Source: the human T2T-CHM13v2.0 reference genome, Homo sapiens
Assembly: GCF_009914755.1 (NCBI RefSeq)
Contig: NC_060930.1
Reading direction: 5' to 3' (one strand)
DNA: 64,000 nt
The notes beneath the pieces were generated by a model. The model was not told the DNA's origin. It saw nothing but the letters and a program-made list of their open reading frames with translations, and ran no database searches. Shown piece by piece: positions 1-13,968 of the stretch. Position 1 is the first letter of the stretch, and each line of letters begins with the position of its first letter. The translations under genes were made by a program, and so were the position numbers.

Positions 1-398
1 GGCTGTAAATTTATTTATATTCAAAACTAATTTGTTTAGACAACTACACCTTCTTTGAATTAATCTTAGGTTGATAAAAAGTTCTTGAACAGCTGAAGAA
101 TAATATATCAATACTTAGTTTATATCAATATTTTAAAAGTAAATACATTTTACTTTCAATTTTTATTTAAAAGTACAATATACATCACCACATAAAAGTT
201 AGATCTTGAAAAGGATTTTAGTTTTTAGGAATAGTTCCCATTATTCCTCTGCTCTCAATTCAGGTTTCACTGTGCAAATATTTTTTTCCAAGGTGTATTT
301 GATTTGCCCTCCCGATGTCCTTAACCAGAAGGGAACCACAGAAGAAAACACTGCTGAAGACATCCATTCTCATTGCTTGCGTAGACCTGATTCACTAA

Positions 399-647
<249 letters not shown>

Positions 648-1023
648 TAGTAGAACTCTTTTTTAGAGCAGTAGCTTAGAAAGCTCTCATCAGCTGGATG
701 TGGGCATGTGCCTTAAACATATACTCCCCACCAAAACTACCTGCTTGGGTAAGCTAGCTGCCTGAGAGGCTTCCAGTGGTTGTGGCTGGCCAGAGCAGCA
801 CAGCGGCTGTAATAAAGACTAAGACATTTTGCAGTGGGACCCACACAGCAGCTCTCATCTGGCCCAGATGTTTAGAGAGTTCGGCAGGTTTAAGTTTAAT
901 TTTAAAACTGGAGATTCTTTGCAGAAGGACACAAACATCTAAAAACCCATTTCTTCTGACTCCTGCCCAAGCTAAGGTCCACCTGGAGAATACAGCTGTG
1001 CCCGTGAAAAGAAATCAGGCTGG

Positions 1024-1100
1024 GTGCTCGCTTTGGCAGAACATGTACTAAAATAGGAATGATACAGAGAAGGTCACCTAGTAAAATAAAATAAAATAAA
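1024..1100 (+). pseudogene. 3'-truncated U6 snRNA retrocopy (U6 nt 1-49) + 10 nt non-U6 + (TAAAA)n tail
   Basis: 1024-1072 matches U6 nt 1-49 at 44/49. 17-bp TSD AAAAGAAATCAGGCTGG at 1007-1023 and 1101-1117. Confidence 0.92.
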
Positions 1101-1523
1101 AAAAGAAATCAGGCTGGAATTTTGGCCTGTCGCTCATGCTGTAGGGCTAACAGTTTTAAACTGCAGGTGAAGTAGCCAAATGAAATTTAAGTTTTTGTTG
1201 TTGTTGTTGTTGTTGTTTTCAGAAAGAATCTCTCTTGGGAACCTGCCAAAGCTAGTGTGATTTTCCTAAAACTCAAGCCACTTCCCTGTGCAACAGGAAA
1301 CGTCATTTTTATTAACTTGCCTATGAGATTTTCAACAATTTCACCTTCTTAGAGATTTGTAATTTAAAGATTCCGAAATGTATAATGGGCAAAAAGGTTT
1401 AATGAAAGCAAGTAGCGTTATCAATTTAAAACTCCTGAGTTAGGATAAATTAACTGATAAATTTTATGTATCTAGATACAATCAGGGGGTACCAAATTTA
1501 TGTAAGCCCTGTGATAAACATTA

Positions 1524-1910
<387 letters not shown>

Positions 1911-1984
1911 TTAATACATCAATGTTTGCCTGACAAGGAATAAAATTAATAATTAAACAACTTGTCTCAAAAAATTAAGGATAC

Positions 1985-2112
1985 GGCCAGACACGGTGGC
2001 TCATGGTCATAATCCCAGCACTTTGGAAGGTCGAGGCAGGAAGATCACAGGCTCAGGAGTTTGAGACCAGACTGGGCAACATAGTGAGATCTTGTCAGTT
2101 AAAAAAAAAAAA
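1985..2112 (+). mobile_element. Alu left monomer (FLAM_C-like)
   Basis: Monomer + A-tail, TSD aaaaaat(t/c)aaggata. Confidence 0.85.
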
Positions 2113-2395
2113 TCAAGGATAAAATTAAACTCTCTTCTAACTCTCCAGTATAAATTCCAATTATTTGTTAAAAATAGAAGTTCTATTACTAGCACGTTCT
2201 TATTTTCCTCTAAAACAGAGGTAATGTTATGTTGATTGACTTTCCAACTTTCAGGGCTTAGTTAAAAAGGTAGAAGAGGCTTTTTGTGGAGTCTGAGAAC
2301 TACAAACACCATATGAAATCTGAAGAAAAAAGAGCTACTTGTTTCTTCTTGTCTTTTGGTGCCTACTTATTGGCCTCTCATTGAATAATTAGTTA

Positions 2396-2530
2396 CCCAG
2401 GCAGGATGGTGCATGCCTGTAATCCCACCTACTCGGGAGGCTGAGGCAGGAGGATCGCTTGAGTCCAGGAGTTCGAGATCAACCTGGGTAAAATGGCCAG
2501 ACTCTGCCTTAATAGTAATTAAAAAAAATA
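2396..2530 (+). mobile_element. Alu monomer (FLAM_A-like)
   Basis: ccaggcaggatggtgcatgcctgtaatcc...gagttcgagatcaacctgg + A-rich end. Confidence 0.8.
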
Positions 2531-2583
2531 ATTAGTTAAGATATCCAAGTACAGTTTAAGTATAAAAAGTATTATAATAGAAA

Positions 2584-2920
2584 ATTCATATAAGTGGAAT
2601 TGTGCACTATATGTGTTTCTGTGACTGCCTTATTTCACTCAATGTCCTCAAGTTTCATTCATGTTCTTATATATTACAGAATCTAAAATAGTCAAATTCA
2701 TAGAATCAGAGAGTGAAATGGTGGTTGCTGGGGGCTGGGGGAGGGAGAAATGGGGAGTTCCTAATTAATGGGCGTAAAGTTTCAGTTAAGCAAGACAAAT
2801 AAGCTCTGGGGATCTTCTGTACAGTATTGTACGTAGAGTCAACAGTACTATACTATATACTTAAAAAATTGTTAACAGAGTAGATTTCATGTTAAGTGTT
2901 CTTACCAAAATGAAATCAAA
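2584..2920 (+). mobile_element. Old L1 (L1MA/L1MB-like) 3' end with inverted 5' segment
   Basis: 2681-2920 matches an L1M 3' UTR (...gagtagatttcatgttaagtgttcttacc); ~2584-2665 is the adjacent upstream L1 sequence in reverse orientation. Confidence 0.75.
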
Positions 2921-3178
2921 TGAAAAAGGATTTGAATAAACATTTACAGGTTTGCAGCTTTTAATCCTCACAATAATTCTATGAGATAGATGCCATGAGA
3001 CAAATGAAGCACAGAGGGATGCAGCACTTTGCCCGAGGAGTGCAGCTGTGAGCAGCGGAGCTGGGGTTCCCACTTGGGCTGTCTGCTTCCAGAGCACCCT
3101 CGCTGAACACTCACTGTGCTAGACAGCACAGCCATAAATCCTCAGAGCCCATGATTTGTGGTGTTCCCTTCAGCAGTC

Positions 3179-3542
3179 TCTATTAGTCAGTTCTCATACT
3201 GCTAATAAAGGCATACCTGAGACTGGATAATTTATAAAGAAAAGGGGTTTAATGGACTCACAGTTCCACATGCCTGGCGATGCCTCACAATCATTAGGGA
3301 AGACAAAGGAAGAGCAAAGAGATATCTTACATGGCTGCAGGCAAGAGACAGCGTGTGCAGGGGAACTCCTCTTTATAAAACTATCAGATCTCGTGAGACT
3401 TATTCACTATCACGTGAACGGCATGGGAAAGACCTGCCCCCATGATTCAATTACCTCCCACAGGGTCCCTCCCACAGCACGTGGGAATTATAGGAGCTAC
3501 AATTCAAGATGAGATTGGGGGGGACACAGCCAAACCATATCA
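3179..3542 (-). mobile_element. THE1-family MaLR solo LTR
   Basis: tattagtcagttctcatactgct...gggacacagccaaaccatatca. Confidence 0.9.
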
Positions 3543-3654
3543 GTCTCTATCAAGTAAAAACTCATTTTCTTCAGAAAATTTTATTTTGGAAGACAGCTAT
3601 CTATAATAACATTATTATTTTGTGCACATCCAATAACTACCCATTTATATCTGG

Positions 3655-4111
3655 CATTCTGTTTGTTTCCTAGGGCTGCTGGAACAAATTACCAAAAAAG
3701 GTTGACTTAAAACAAAAATGTATTATCTCACAGTTCTGGAGGTCAGAAGGCTAAAGTCAAGGTGTTGACAGCCATGTTCTTTTTGAAGGCTCTAGGGGAA
3801 AATCCTTCCTTGTCTCTCCCAGCTTCTGGTGGCTCCAGGCATTGCTTGGCGTGTACTGGTATCACTCAAACCTCTGCCTCCATCTTCACAAGACCTTCTC
3901 CCCTGTGTTTCTCCTCTTCCCAAATCTCCTTCTCCTTATTAAGACACTAGTCACTGGATTTACAGTCCACCCTAAATCCAGGATAATCTCATCTAGAGAC
4001 TCCTAGCTACATCTGCAAAGACCTATTTCCAAATAAGTTTATATTCACAGGGATGAAAGGAATGGTTAGGACTTGGATGTATCTTTTTTGGATCACACTT
4101 CAACCCACTAC
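3655..4111 (-). mobile_element. MLT1-family MaLR LTR
   Basis: ttcctagggctgct...tctcacagttctggagg...cttcaacccactaca. Confidence 0.8.
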
Positions 4112-4276
4112 AGGCATAAAACTGCCTGCATTATTAACAACCTCTGTTAGAAAGTACTACTTCTGTGCTTTGACTGTTAATAAATTTATATTAATATGTA
4201 ATAGTAGTATGCCTGTTGTGCAGTATGTCATATTTTCTCTTATAGCTAGATCTAATAAGATCCATTTGTTTTGCAG

Positions 4277-4354
4277 CCAGCAATAGAACATCAGATAGCC
4301 AATATGATGCTTTAATTACTAGCAATTTGGTACCTATGTATGAAGAATTCAGAA
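4277..4354 (+). CDS. ENPP3: ENPP3 coding exon ([26 protein letters not shown])
   Basis: ttttgcag acceptor, A|gtaagt donor, 78 nt, phase 1/1, in frame with both neighbours. Confidence 0.95.
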
Positions 4355-4915
4355 GTAAGTATGAATTTAGAGTATTAATTTTAAAATAGTTAAGTGACTC
4401 CTTGAACTTCCAAACTAAACACATATTTTTTTAATTGCAATTTGTTCCTGATATTAAGGGTCATTTTGTTCTAATGGTTTAAATATAGGTATAGGAAGGA
4501 TCCCTCACATAGTTTCTTTTCAACTTACTTTGACTTTGAGTGACTTGTTGCTAGAATTCTGATAATTTGTTTTTAAGCCTTAATTTGATTACTGCCACTC
4601 ACTAAAAGTAAATCAAATGTAAATGTTTATCCCCAGAGTAATAATTAATAAGGCAACATGTGTGTTCTGATCATTTTTAACACTCGCTGTCCCATAAGCA
4701 ACTCAGCCCTAGGGAGAAATTTGAAGGCATATTTAACTGTAATTTCAAGACAATAACTACAAAAACAAAAAGCTATCATCAATGTGGCTGTTTATTTTTG
4801 CTTGTGAAGCCTATTCTGGAGAATTACCCAATCATCACTGGCAATTATTAAGGCAGAATTTCATGTTATTTAAATGTACTTGTCTATAATAGAAAATAGT
4901 GTCATATTTCACTGA

Positions 4916-5086
<171 letters not shown>

Positions 5087-5431
5087 TAAGTGATTTGACT
5101 TTTTGATTTATCAATAGGGTCTCATGAGGGGAAATTCCAATATTTTAAGTAAAGCTCAGTATTTTAAATATTACATAATACATTCACAGACAAATGTTAT
5201 TGTTGACTATTTTCAATCTAGTCTATCTAAATATTTAGGAAAGCTTATATTGCAAAAAATTTAAACTAATGGGCAAAGAAAACACTTCCTGGAAAAGTTT
5301 AGCAAAATTTTATTTGGAAAATTGCTGAATTAATGGGCAAAGATAACATGAAATTTTGTAAAGGCTAAGGAGGTAGACAAAACTTGATGTACTATCAATG
5401 AGTATAAAACCAATCCAACAGTAAATGAAAA

Positions 5432-5515
5432 AAAAGTCGAGTAAAGGCTAAGGTAAATTTTACAAGAATAGTGAAAAGTCAAGTAAAGACTAAGGTAAAT
5501 TTTACAAGAATAGTG
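5432..5515 (+). repeat. 42-bp tandem duplication
   Basis: AAAAGTC(G/A)AGTAAAG(G/A)CTAAGGTAAATTTTACAAGAATAGTG x2, 2 mismatches. Confidence 0.92.
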
Positions 5516-5907
5516 AACAGTTCATAAAAGCACTTCCCAGGAGACAATGTAGGTAAATTTCATGCAGAGAACTAGTCCTAACTAAACTGTACATTTTAGT
5601 ATTAAGCCTGGTCATAACAGGTTGCTAAGAATTAGTTTTGAATGCAGAGCACAGTAATAGAGTTTTAGAGAAGTTTCATCTACCATTTCTCTTTATTATC
5701 AAAACATATGAAGGACCAAACTAAACAATTGTACTGTCTAAGCCTAGATTATGTAAAGCAATGATTTCTACCTATACCTTCTGATAAAGTAACATTTATG
5801 ACTACCAAGTGTGTGGCCTTTTTCTATTTTGTTCACCATGTCCTTATTTCAGTGTTGAATGAATACTGAATCAATATTTCAGTATTGACTCTACCTTTCA
5901 CAATTTA

Positions 5908-6147
5908 TTAATTCTAATAATTCAAACTTTGACAGCATTTTCTATATGCTAGGTACTTTATAAAGAACTCACATATACATCAGTTAAACTGCAAAGATAC
6001 CCTAGTTAGGTTCCATTAGCCCCCAGTTAGAGTTAAGGAAACTGGGGTTAAACAACTTATCTAAATTCTGCAACTAATAAGTGGTAAAGCCAGAATATGA
6101 ACCCAGACAGCCTGGCTCTGAGTCCATGTTCTAAATCACAGTAATAC
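5908..6147 (-). mobile_element. MIR SINE
   Basis: aaggaaactgggg...gtggtaaagccagaatatgaacccagacagcctggctc core. Confidence 0.7.
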
Positions 6148-6694
6148 ATTTCTATTTATACCAGCTTGTATTCCTTTGGTGGAGTCAGACTTTGCACTTA
6201 AAACTTTTGAAAGCACTTTCATGTTCGTTATCTGAAACCGAAGTACTGTCACATCAGTTGTATGGATTTATCCCCATGTCTACACTGTGAAGTTGATAGC
6301 ACAGAATCACTTCCTTGGAAAGCTGAGGAAACTCGAAACTCGGTAAATGACAGAATTAGAGGGTGAATGAAAGTCCAAACATTTTGTGGAAGTGCACGGC
6401 TGGAGGTGGAATCTGGGCTCCTTCATTCTCAGCTTCTGCTGTATTAGTAAACACTACTGTGAAGTATGAAGTCAACAAAACGAGGAAATGCAGGAGGCAG
6501 AATATCATGCTCTGCTTTTTTTTTTTTTTTTTTTTTTTTGTATTCTAACATTTTTTCATGTTAGAATGACCAAGCTTGGACTTCTACTGTAATCTCTATT
6601 CTGGCTGATGGGAGCAAAAAATATGTAAGACCTTGTGCTTTTTATTTATTACTTTCTTTTACTATATTTTTACTTTGGCATTTCTTTAAAACTA

Positions 6695-6853
<159 letters not shown>

Positions 6854-7113
6854 TTAGAAGTAAATATATATATATATGTGTGTGTGTCTTTACATAGTGT
6901 TTTTCATATATATATTTACATATTTATACCAGCTTGTATTCCTTTGGTGGAGTCAGATTTTGCACTTAAAACTTTGTATGTAAGTTATTTAAAAAGTACC
7001 TAGCATATAGTAAAATGCTGTCAAACTTAGAATTATAAGAATTATTATTTTACATGTATATGAAAAAAACTATGTAAACACACTTATCACCTTTAGAAAC
7101 AAAAGTATAATAA

Positions 7114-7365
<252 letters not shown>

Positions 7366-10300
7366 TAAAAGTGGCTCTGACTAAAACATTTTTTTTAGGT
7401 GTTTCATGGGAAAAGTTATAACACAAATGACTTCATTTTTAGGCTTTTCCTTAGGCTATTGATCTCTATGTAATTAATATCAATTTAAACATATATCTGC
7501 ATAGTTGAACATATATATACCCCATGTATTTTATTTATATACGTTTTATTCACATTCACTAATAATGAAAGAGGTGAAATCTTGTTAATCTCTTTTTTCT
7601 TTTTTTATTTATAACATGACAATTGTATGTATTTATGAGGATAGTGAGATGTTTGAATGCGTGCATACTTTGTATAATGATCAAATCAGGATAATTAACA
7701 TATCTACCACTTTAAACATTTATTTCTTTGTGGTAATAGCACTCAAAGTCCTCTCTTCTAGCTATCTTGAAATATACAATACATTGTTATTAACTGCAGC
7801 CACTCTACTGTGTAATAGAACCACCAGAACTTATTTTTATTCTGGCCACAAATCTTAAAGTTCTTCCCAATGTTAGCACTAAATTAATGTTTCTGAATGA
7901 GTATATACATGTAAAAATTCCATCAACTTGAACCATGAGGTGTGAAATTGATTATACACACACACACACAAACACACACACACAGTGCAAGTAACATTCT
8001 TTTTTTAAACATCATTATTAGGCTACCTCAAAATCCTTTTTGGATCAAGGCAGATTATATGTAAGTAGTTAATTCGACTTGCATATAAATTCCTTATAGA
8101 AAAAATATGTATCCTGGAACTTAGGTTTTACTGAAGTCATTCAACAAACATATTGAGTACCTATTAAGCACATAGTATCATGATAGAAACTCTTTAGAAT
8201 GCACAAAGGAGGAACACATTGTCCCTGCTTTTAAAGAGTTCATATACAACTTCAGTTTATATATGAGATATAGGCACACAATTTAGTCAGTCAATAATAC
8301 AAGAATTATTCTAAAAACTAAAAAGTAAAAGAGGTTGCAAAGTTGGGATCAATTGACAATTAATGTTAAAAGGATTTAATATTTGAAATTAAAATCACAT
8401 TTGGCTGGAATGATCAATAAAGATTTCATAAAATAAGGTGTAAGTAGGGCTGTGCCCTGAAAGATGGATAGAATTTGAGTATATTGAGAAGACTACAAAG
8501 AGTCTTCCATGGAGGGTGGGTATGAAGAATGAAGAGGATTTAGTAACTGATTGGATACAAGAGCCCCCACCCCAAAAGGAAACTCAAAGATGAATCAGAT
8601 TTGAATGTTAGTAATTAGGAAAAAGGCAGAAAGAGGAAGGTTGGGAATGAGAACTTTTTGGCAGGTAGATAGGATAAGCTAAGGATAGGCATTTTAAGTT
8701 TGTGGAAATGGGCATTGATGTGGAAAGTCCCATAGGCAATTAGAGCCTGAGAATTGAAGCTTGGGATCTAGGCCAGATTGGGATTCATCTATATTCTTTC
8801 AGGTGTTCAATGCATGAGTGCCTTCACCATGCTGTGCACTATAGGAGGTGCTCACAATTAGAAATCCAGTAAAATATTAGAAGAAAGAGATAAGTGATGT
8901 AAGAGAGGGACAGATAAACTGCTGTAGTAGTATTTCAAAGGAGAATTACTTCTTGACAGGGAGGGTGACATTTCAGTTGGGTCATGTAGATACGATTTTA
9001 CTTGAGTGTTTAAATTGTCTAAAGAAGGTGGCCAAGTTTAGAGGCTGAATAGTGAGCCACTCACTATTCTTAAAATGAGGAAGAAGAGTTTCTGAACAGG
9101 AAACTATCAGGAGATGTTGTTGAATTGAATCCCTTCCTACTTTTTCTGTCAGCATTTTGTTTGGTTGAGACAAGGGTAAGCCATTATTCTTTACTTCCTT
9201 TTCCAATGACAGACATCAATGACTGATACGATGTGGTACTCTTTACCATGAAATCTGGATTAAACAGTTCGTTATTACAGAGGTTCTAGGTAGATATGAT
9301 GGAGTGATTACAATGAGTACACAAAGAAAAAAATATTTGCTATCCCTGGTCTGGGCCCTTTTGACCTTCTATTAGGACTCTTGAAAATGAATCTTAAGTA
9401 GATTTGTGGTCTCCTCTCCTCTTCTCATTTGTCAGTGTGCACTACTACCAACTTACTCATCTTAAAATTTAGTTTATATTTTGTCATAGCCTCTCACCCC
9501 AAAACTTCTGATTATCCTGAACAACAACAACAACAACAACAAAAATACAAAGAAACAAACAAAAACAACTTCCAGCCTGTACTTAAGTCTCTTCACAATT
9601 TACCCTCAGTTGACCTTACAGGCTATAAGTTCCAGGTCAATTGGAGTCCTTGAAATTACTTGAACACATCTTGAGTTTGCTTACCTCATCACTGTTGCCT
9701 ATGTTCTTCTCTCCTCTAGAATTTCATTCTTTTCCATCTGCTAAAAATTCCATCTGGGCGTCAAGGTAAAGTGCAAATAATATGAAGCTTTCCTTGATTA
9801 TTCAAAGTAGAAGTGATCTCTCCAAAGTTAACAGAGCATCATCTCTATTGAATAGGACATCATCAGTAATAAATTGGACATATCCAAGATTTTGAGGAAT
9901 TTGCAGTATAGTAATAAGAATGTGACATCTGTATAGATAATTATTAGACAAAATGCAATGAGTATAAAGAAAACTTAAGCCAAGCTATGATTATAAAAGA
10001 GATTGCAAAGTTAATAAGAGTAGCTGTCAATTAGATATGGGGAAGGGAAAGGCAAGATGAGAGAGAGGCAAAGATGACTAAAAATCCAGGGCATGACTGA
10101 CCAGGAAATGTATACGATAGATTATCTTTTGTTTTGAGAAGGATGGATTTGCTCTTGGTGGTCTTCAGTTTGACAGACTAGTTGAATATTTAGGAGGATA
10201 TATGAGAAATAGTATAAAACAGAACTTAAATGCATGGATTTTGGAGTTGGACCTCCTGGGTTCAGTGAATGACTTCGTTTCTTTGGGCAAATATGTTAGT

Positions 10301-10471
10301 TTCCTCATCTATTATATCTAATAAGTATAAAATATTCACCTCCTTTTATGAAGTTTGTAAAGATTAAACAAAATAATCTATATAAAACCCTAAGACTTCC
10401 CAATATAAAAAATGGTGGCTATTATAAAGGAATCATATCTTAGGATGAAGTTACATTCTAAAGTCGACAGA

Positions 10472-10779
10472 GGCCAGGCATAGTGGCTCACCTGTAATCA
10501 CAGCACTTTGGGAGGCCGAGGCAGGCACATCACCTGAGGTCAGGAGGTCGAGACCAGCCTTTTACTAGAGACCCCATCTATACTAAAAATACAAAAATTA
10601 GCCAGGTGTGATGGTGCATGCCTGTCATCCCAGCTACTCAGGAGGCTGAGGCAGGAGAATTTCTTGAAACTGGGAAGTAGAAGTTGCAGTGAGTGGAGAT
10701 CAGGCCACTGCACTCCAGCCTGGGCAACAGAACAAGACTCTGTCTCAAAATAAAATAAAATAAAATAAAATAAAATAAA
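10472..10779 (+). mobile_element. Alu with (TAAAA)n tail
   Basis: Dimer; TSD taaagtc(g/a)a(c/t)aga. Confidence 0.92.
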
Positions 10780-11721
10780 GTCAATAGAGAGTGAAATTGA
10801 ATCTCCTATATGCAAATCATCCAGAAAGTGTAGTACATTCACAAACTGTTTCTTAGTAAGTCTAAACCAGCCAATATTTCCAATAGCATTTGGATAGGTA
10901 ATTGTGCTTTGATGCACCTGATAAAATAGATGGCTGGCTTTAAACATTGCATTGTATGGAAACTCTGTACTTTAAATATTTGAATTACACAATGTACAGA
11001 AGTACTCCTACTATTAAGAGGTTCCAGGGAACTGAGATCAAGCTATAGGAATGATAGATTCACAATTTTATCCCACACTTGGTGTAAGGAATTAGATCAT
11101 ATTTCCTTATTTATTTTGTCCTTTCCTTGTTCCTTTCATCTTTTCTTCCCTCCTTTTTCCTTTTCCCTCCTCCTGTCATCTTTGTACTGTAAAATTCTGT
11201 CAGATAAATGAGAATGTAGCCATTAGTCCAAGTGACTTTCATTGTAAGTTACTCAGCAGATATGGAAAATGTAGGTATGGAACTTGGAGGAGAAATCAGA
11301 ACTGCAGATCTAGATTTGGGATTAAATCATTGGTGTGAAATACAATTGCCAAAGGGGAGAAAGTGGAAAGAAAAGATCCCAAATCAAATTGAGGAAAATA
11401 TGCTTCCAGGAAGTATAGTCATCTGAGGAAACAGAAGGTATTATCAAACAAGTAAACAGTAGAGTTATGGATAACAAAGGAGGAACTTCAGAAGCCTGGG
11501 GTAGCTAACTAATTGAAAAGCCTGAGGACAACCCATTCAGTGAGGTCATCATTGACAAAGTAGTTGCATTAGCATGATAACAGCAATCACTGGACTGTAA
11601 GTGGCTAAGGAGAGAGAATAAGAACGTGGATAGGGCAGAAAAATGCTGAAATCAATATTGCCTCAAAAAATGAGTTGTATTTTGGGGATATACAATACTC
11701 TTAATTCTGTAACAGGTCATT

Positions 11722-11724
<3 letters not shown>

Positions 11725-11757
<33 letters not shown>
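11725..11757. repeat. (CA)n microsatellite in the last ENPP3 intron
   Basis: Direct reading. Confidence 0.95.
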
Positions 11758-11761
<4 letters not shown>

Positions 11762-12727
11762 AATATCAAAGTATATTTAAATATAGCTCATAAAACTGTA
11801 TAGCCTATTCTGTTGGCATGGACTAGTGCAGCGAGAGCAGTTGTCTACAGCTGGCTTCTGTTCAGATTAGTTGGTGCCAGCGACTTACTCAGGTTAAATA
11901 GCTGAAGTATCGTCTCTGCATAAGTATAGTTTTGTGTTATGCTTTGTGGTCATTTCCCTGCAAATTTAAAAAAGGGAAGACTGTCAGGTGCTGGGTAAAC
12001 ATTTAGTTGGATGGATGCCAAGTAAGTCAGGAGAGAGTAGAGTCGTATAAACCAAATGGGAGAAAATGTTATGGAAAAAAAAGTGATCAAAGATATTAGG
12101 TGCTGCTGAAATGTGCAATAGTAAAGGCAGAAGAGAAAAACTTCTAATTAGATTCCCATTGAAAGAAATAACTCTAACATGGCGCATTTTTTTTTTTTTA
12201 ATATTAGCTCGCATTGTGAATCTGACACAAGTGCTTTAATGGTTAGGAACAAAAAGTATTTCCTCTTACTCTTCCTCTGGCTCAGATAGTGGCTATCTGT
12301 ATTAAGCCTGCATACTTAAACAAGTAAACCACTGCATCGAAGTCAAATGAGAATCATGAAAACACAGTAATCTGATTAAATAAACTTTGAAACTTTCTTA
12401 TTATGTGAAAAGTTAACTGAACTTTAGCAATATCATATGAATACCAGAAAATTATTCTTTATAATAAAGAATAAAGAATGTCATAGAAACCCATGTTTCT
12501 AAATTATTGAACTAACTTTCATATTGTAAAAAAAATCCAAAATAAAAAGGTCAAGAAATAACTGAAAAGATGCATAAATAAACAATAGTCAGCATAATAA
12601 AATATAAACAGACATAAAACACTATTTTACACCCACGGTTTGGCAAAGATGTGGGGAAATGGGAATTATCTTTCACTGCCTATAGAACTGTAAATTGGTA
12701 CGAAGACTTTGAGGAGTGCTAGGTTTA

Positions 12728-13024
<297 letters not shown>

Positions 13025-13677
13025 TTTGAATGTACTCTATGGCCCAACAATTTTATTAATATATCCTAGAAACTCATGCTCTTGAACACAGGAGGCATAT
13101 ACCAAGTTATTTATTATAGCATTATTTATAGTAACAAAAATTTTATCAATATGTAACGCAAAATTTAATTGTTTTGCATTTAAATGAGGAAATATCACAA
13201 ACCACAGCTAAGAACAAGTCACTTAACAAGACCTAGATATATCACTATAGATTACAAACGTTAATACCGAATGAAAAAAATTGTAGAATACCACTTATAA
13301 TATTAACATAAGTTTAAAAACTCATCAGTACTACATATTGTATAGTGATGTACAGTAAAAGTTTGAAAAAACAGACTGGATTCACCCTGATATAAAGATG
13401 TTTAGTTCTGAACAGAGGAGCCCTGGGGACTTAACTTCATCTGCAATATTTAATTTCATTAAAAAAATTACATCTGAAGTAAACATAAAAATAGATAAAT
13501 TTTGACAACGGTGTTCTATGTTAGTTATAGTATACTTTGTACTTGTGTTTTCTTTTTATTTTTAAAAACTAAATTTAGCTGTATCAAATTAAGATTTAAG
13601 GAGGTAAAAATCATCGGCAAAAAGACAACTTCTAAGCAATAAAAATATTTCTGTTCATGAAAAATACTGCCTTGTGA

Positions 13678-13878
<201 letters not shown>

Positions 13879-13962
13879 CTTAATAATGTCTACTTAATAT
13901 ATAATTTACTGTATAAAGTAATTTTGGCAAAATATAAGTGATTTTTTTCTGGAGAATTGTAA

Positions 13963-13968
13963 AATAAA
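13963..13968 (+). terminator. Candidate proximal poly(A) signal AATAAA
   Basis: Canonical hexamer ~85 nt after the stop, with T-rich tracts downstream. Confidence 0.55.
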
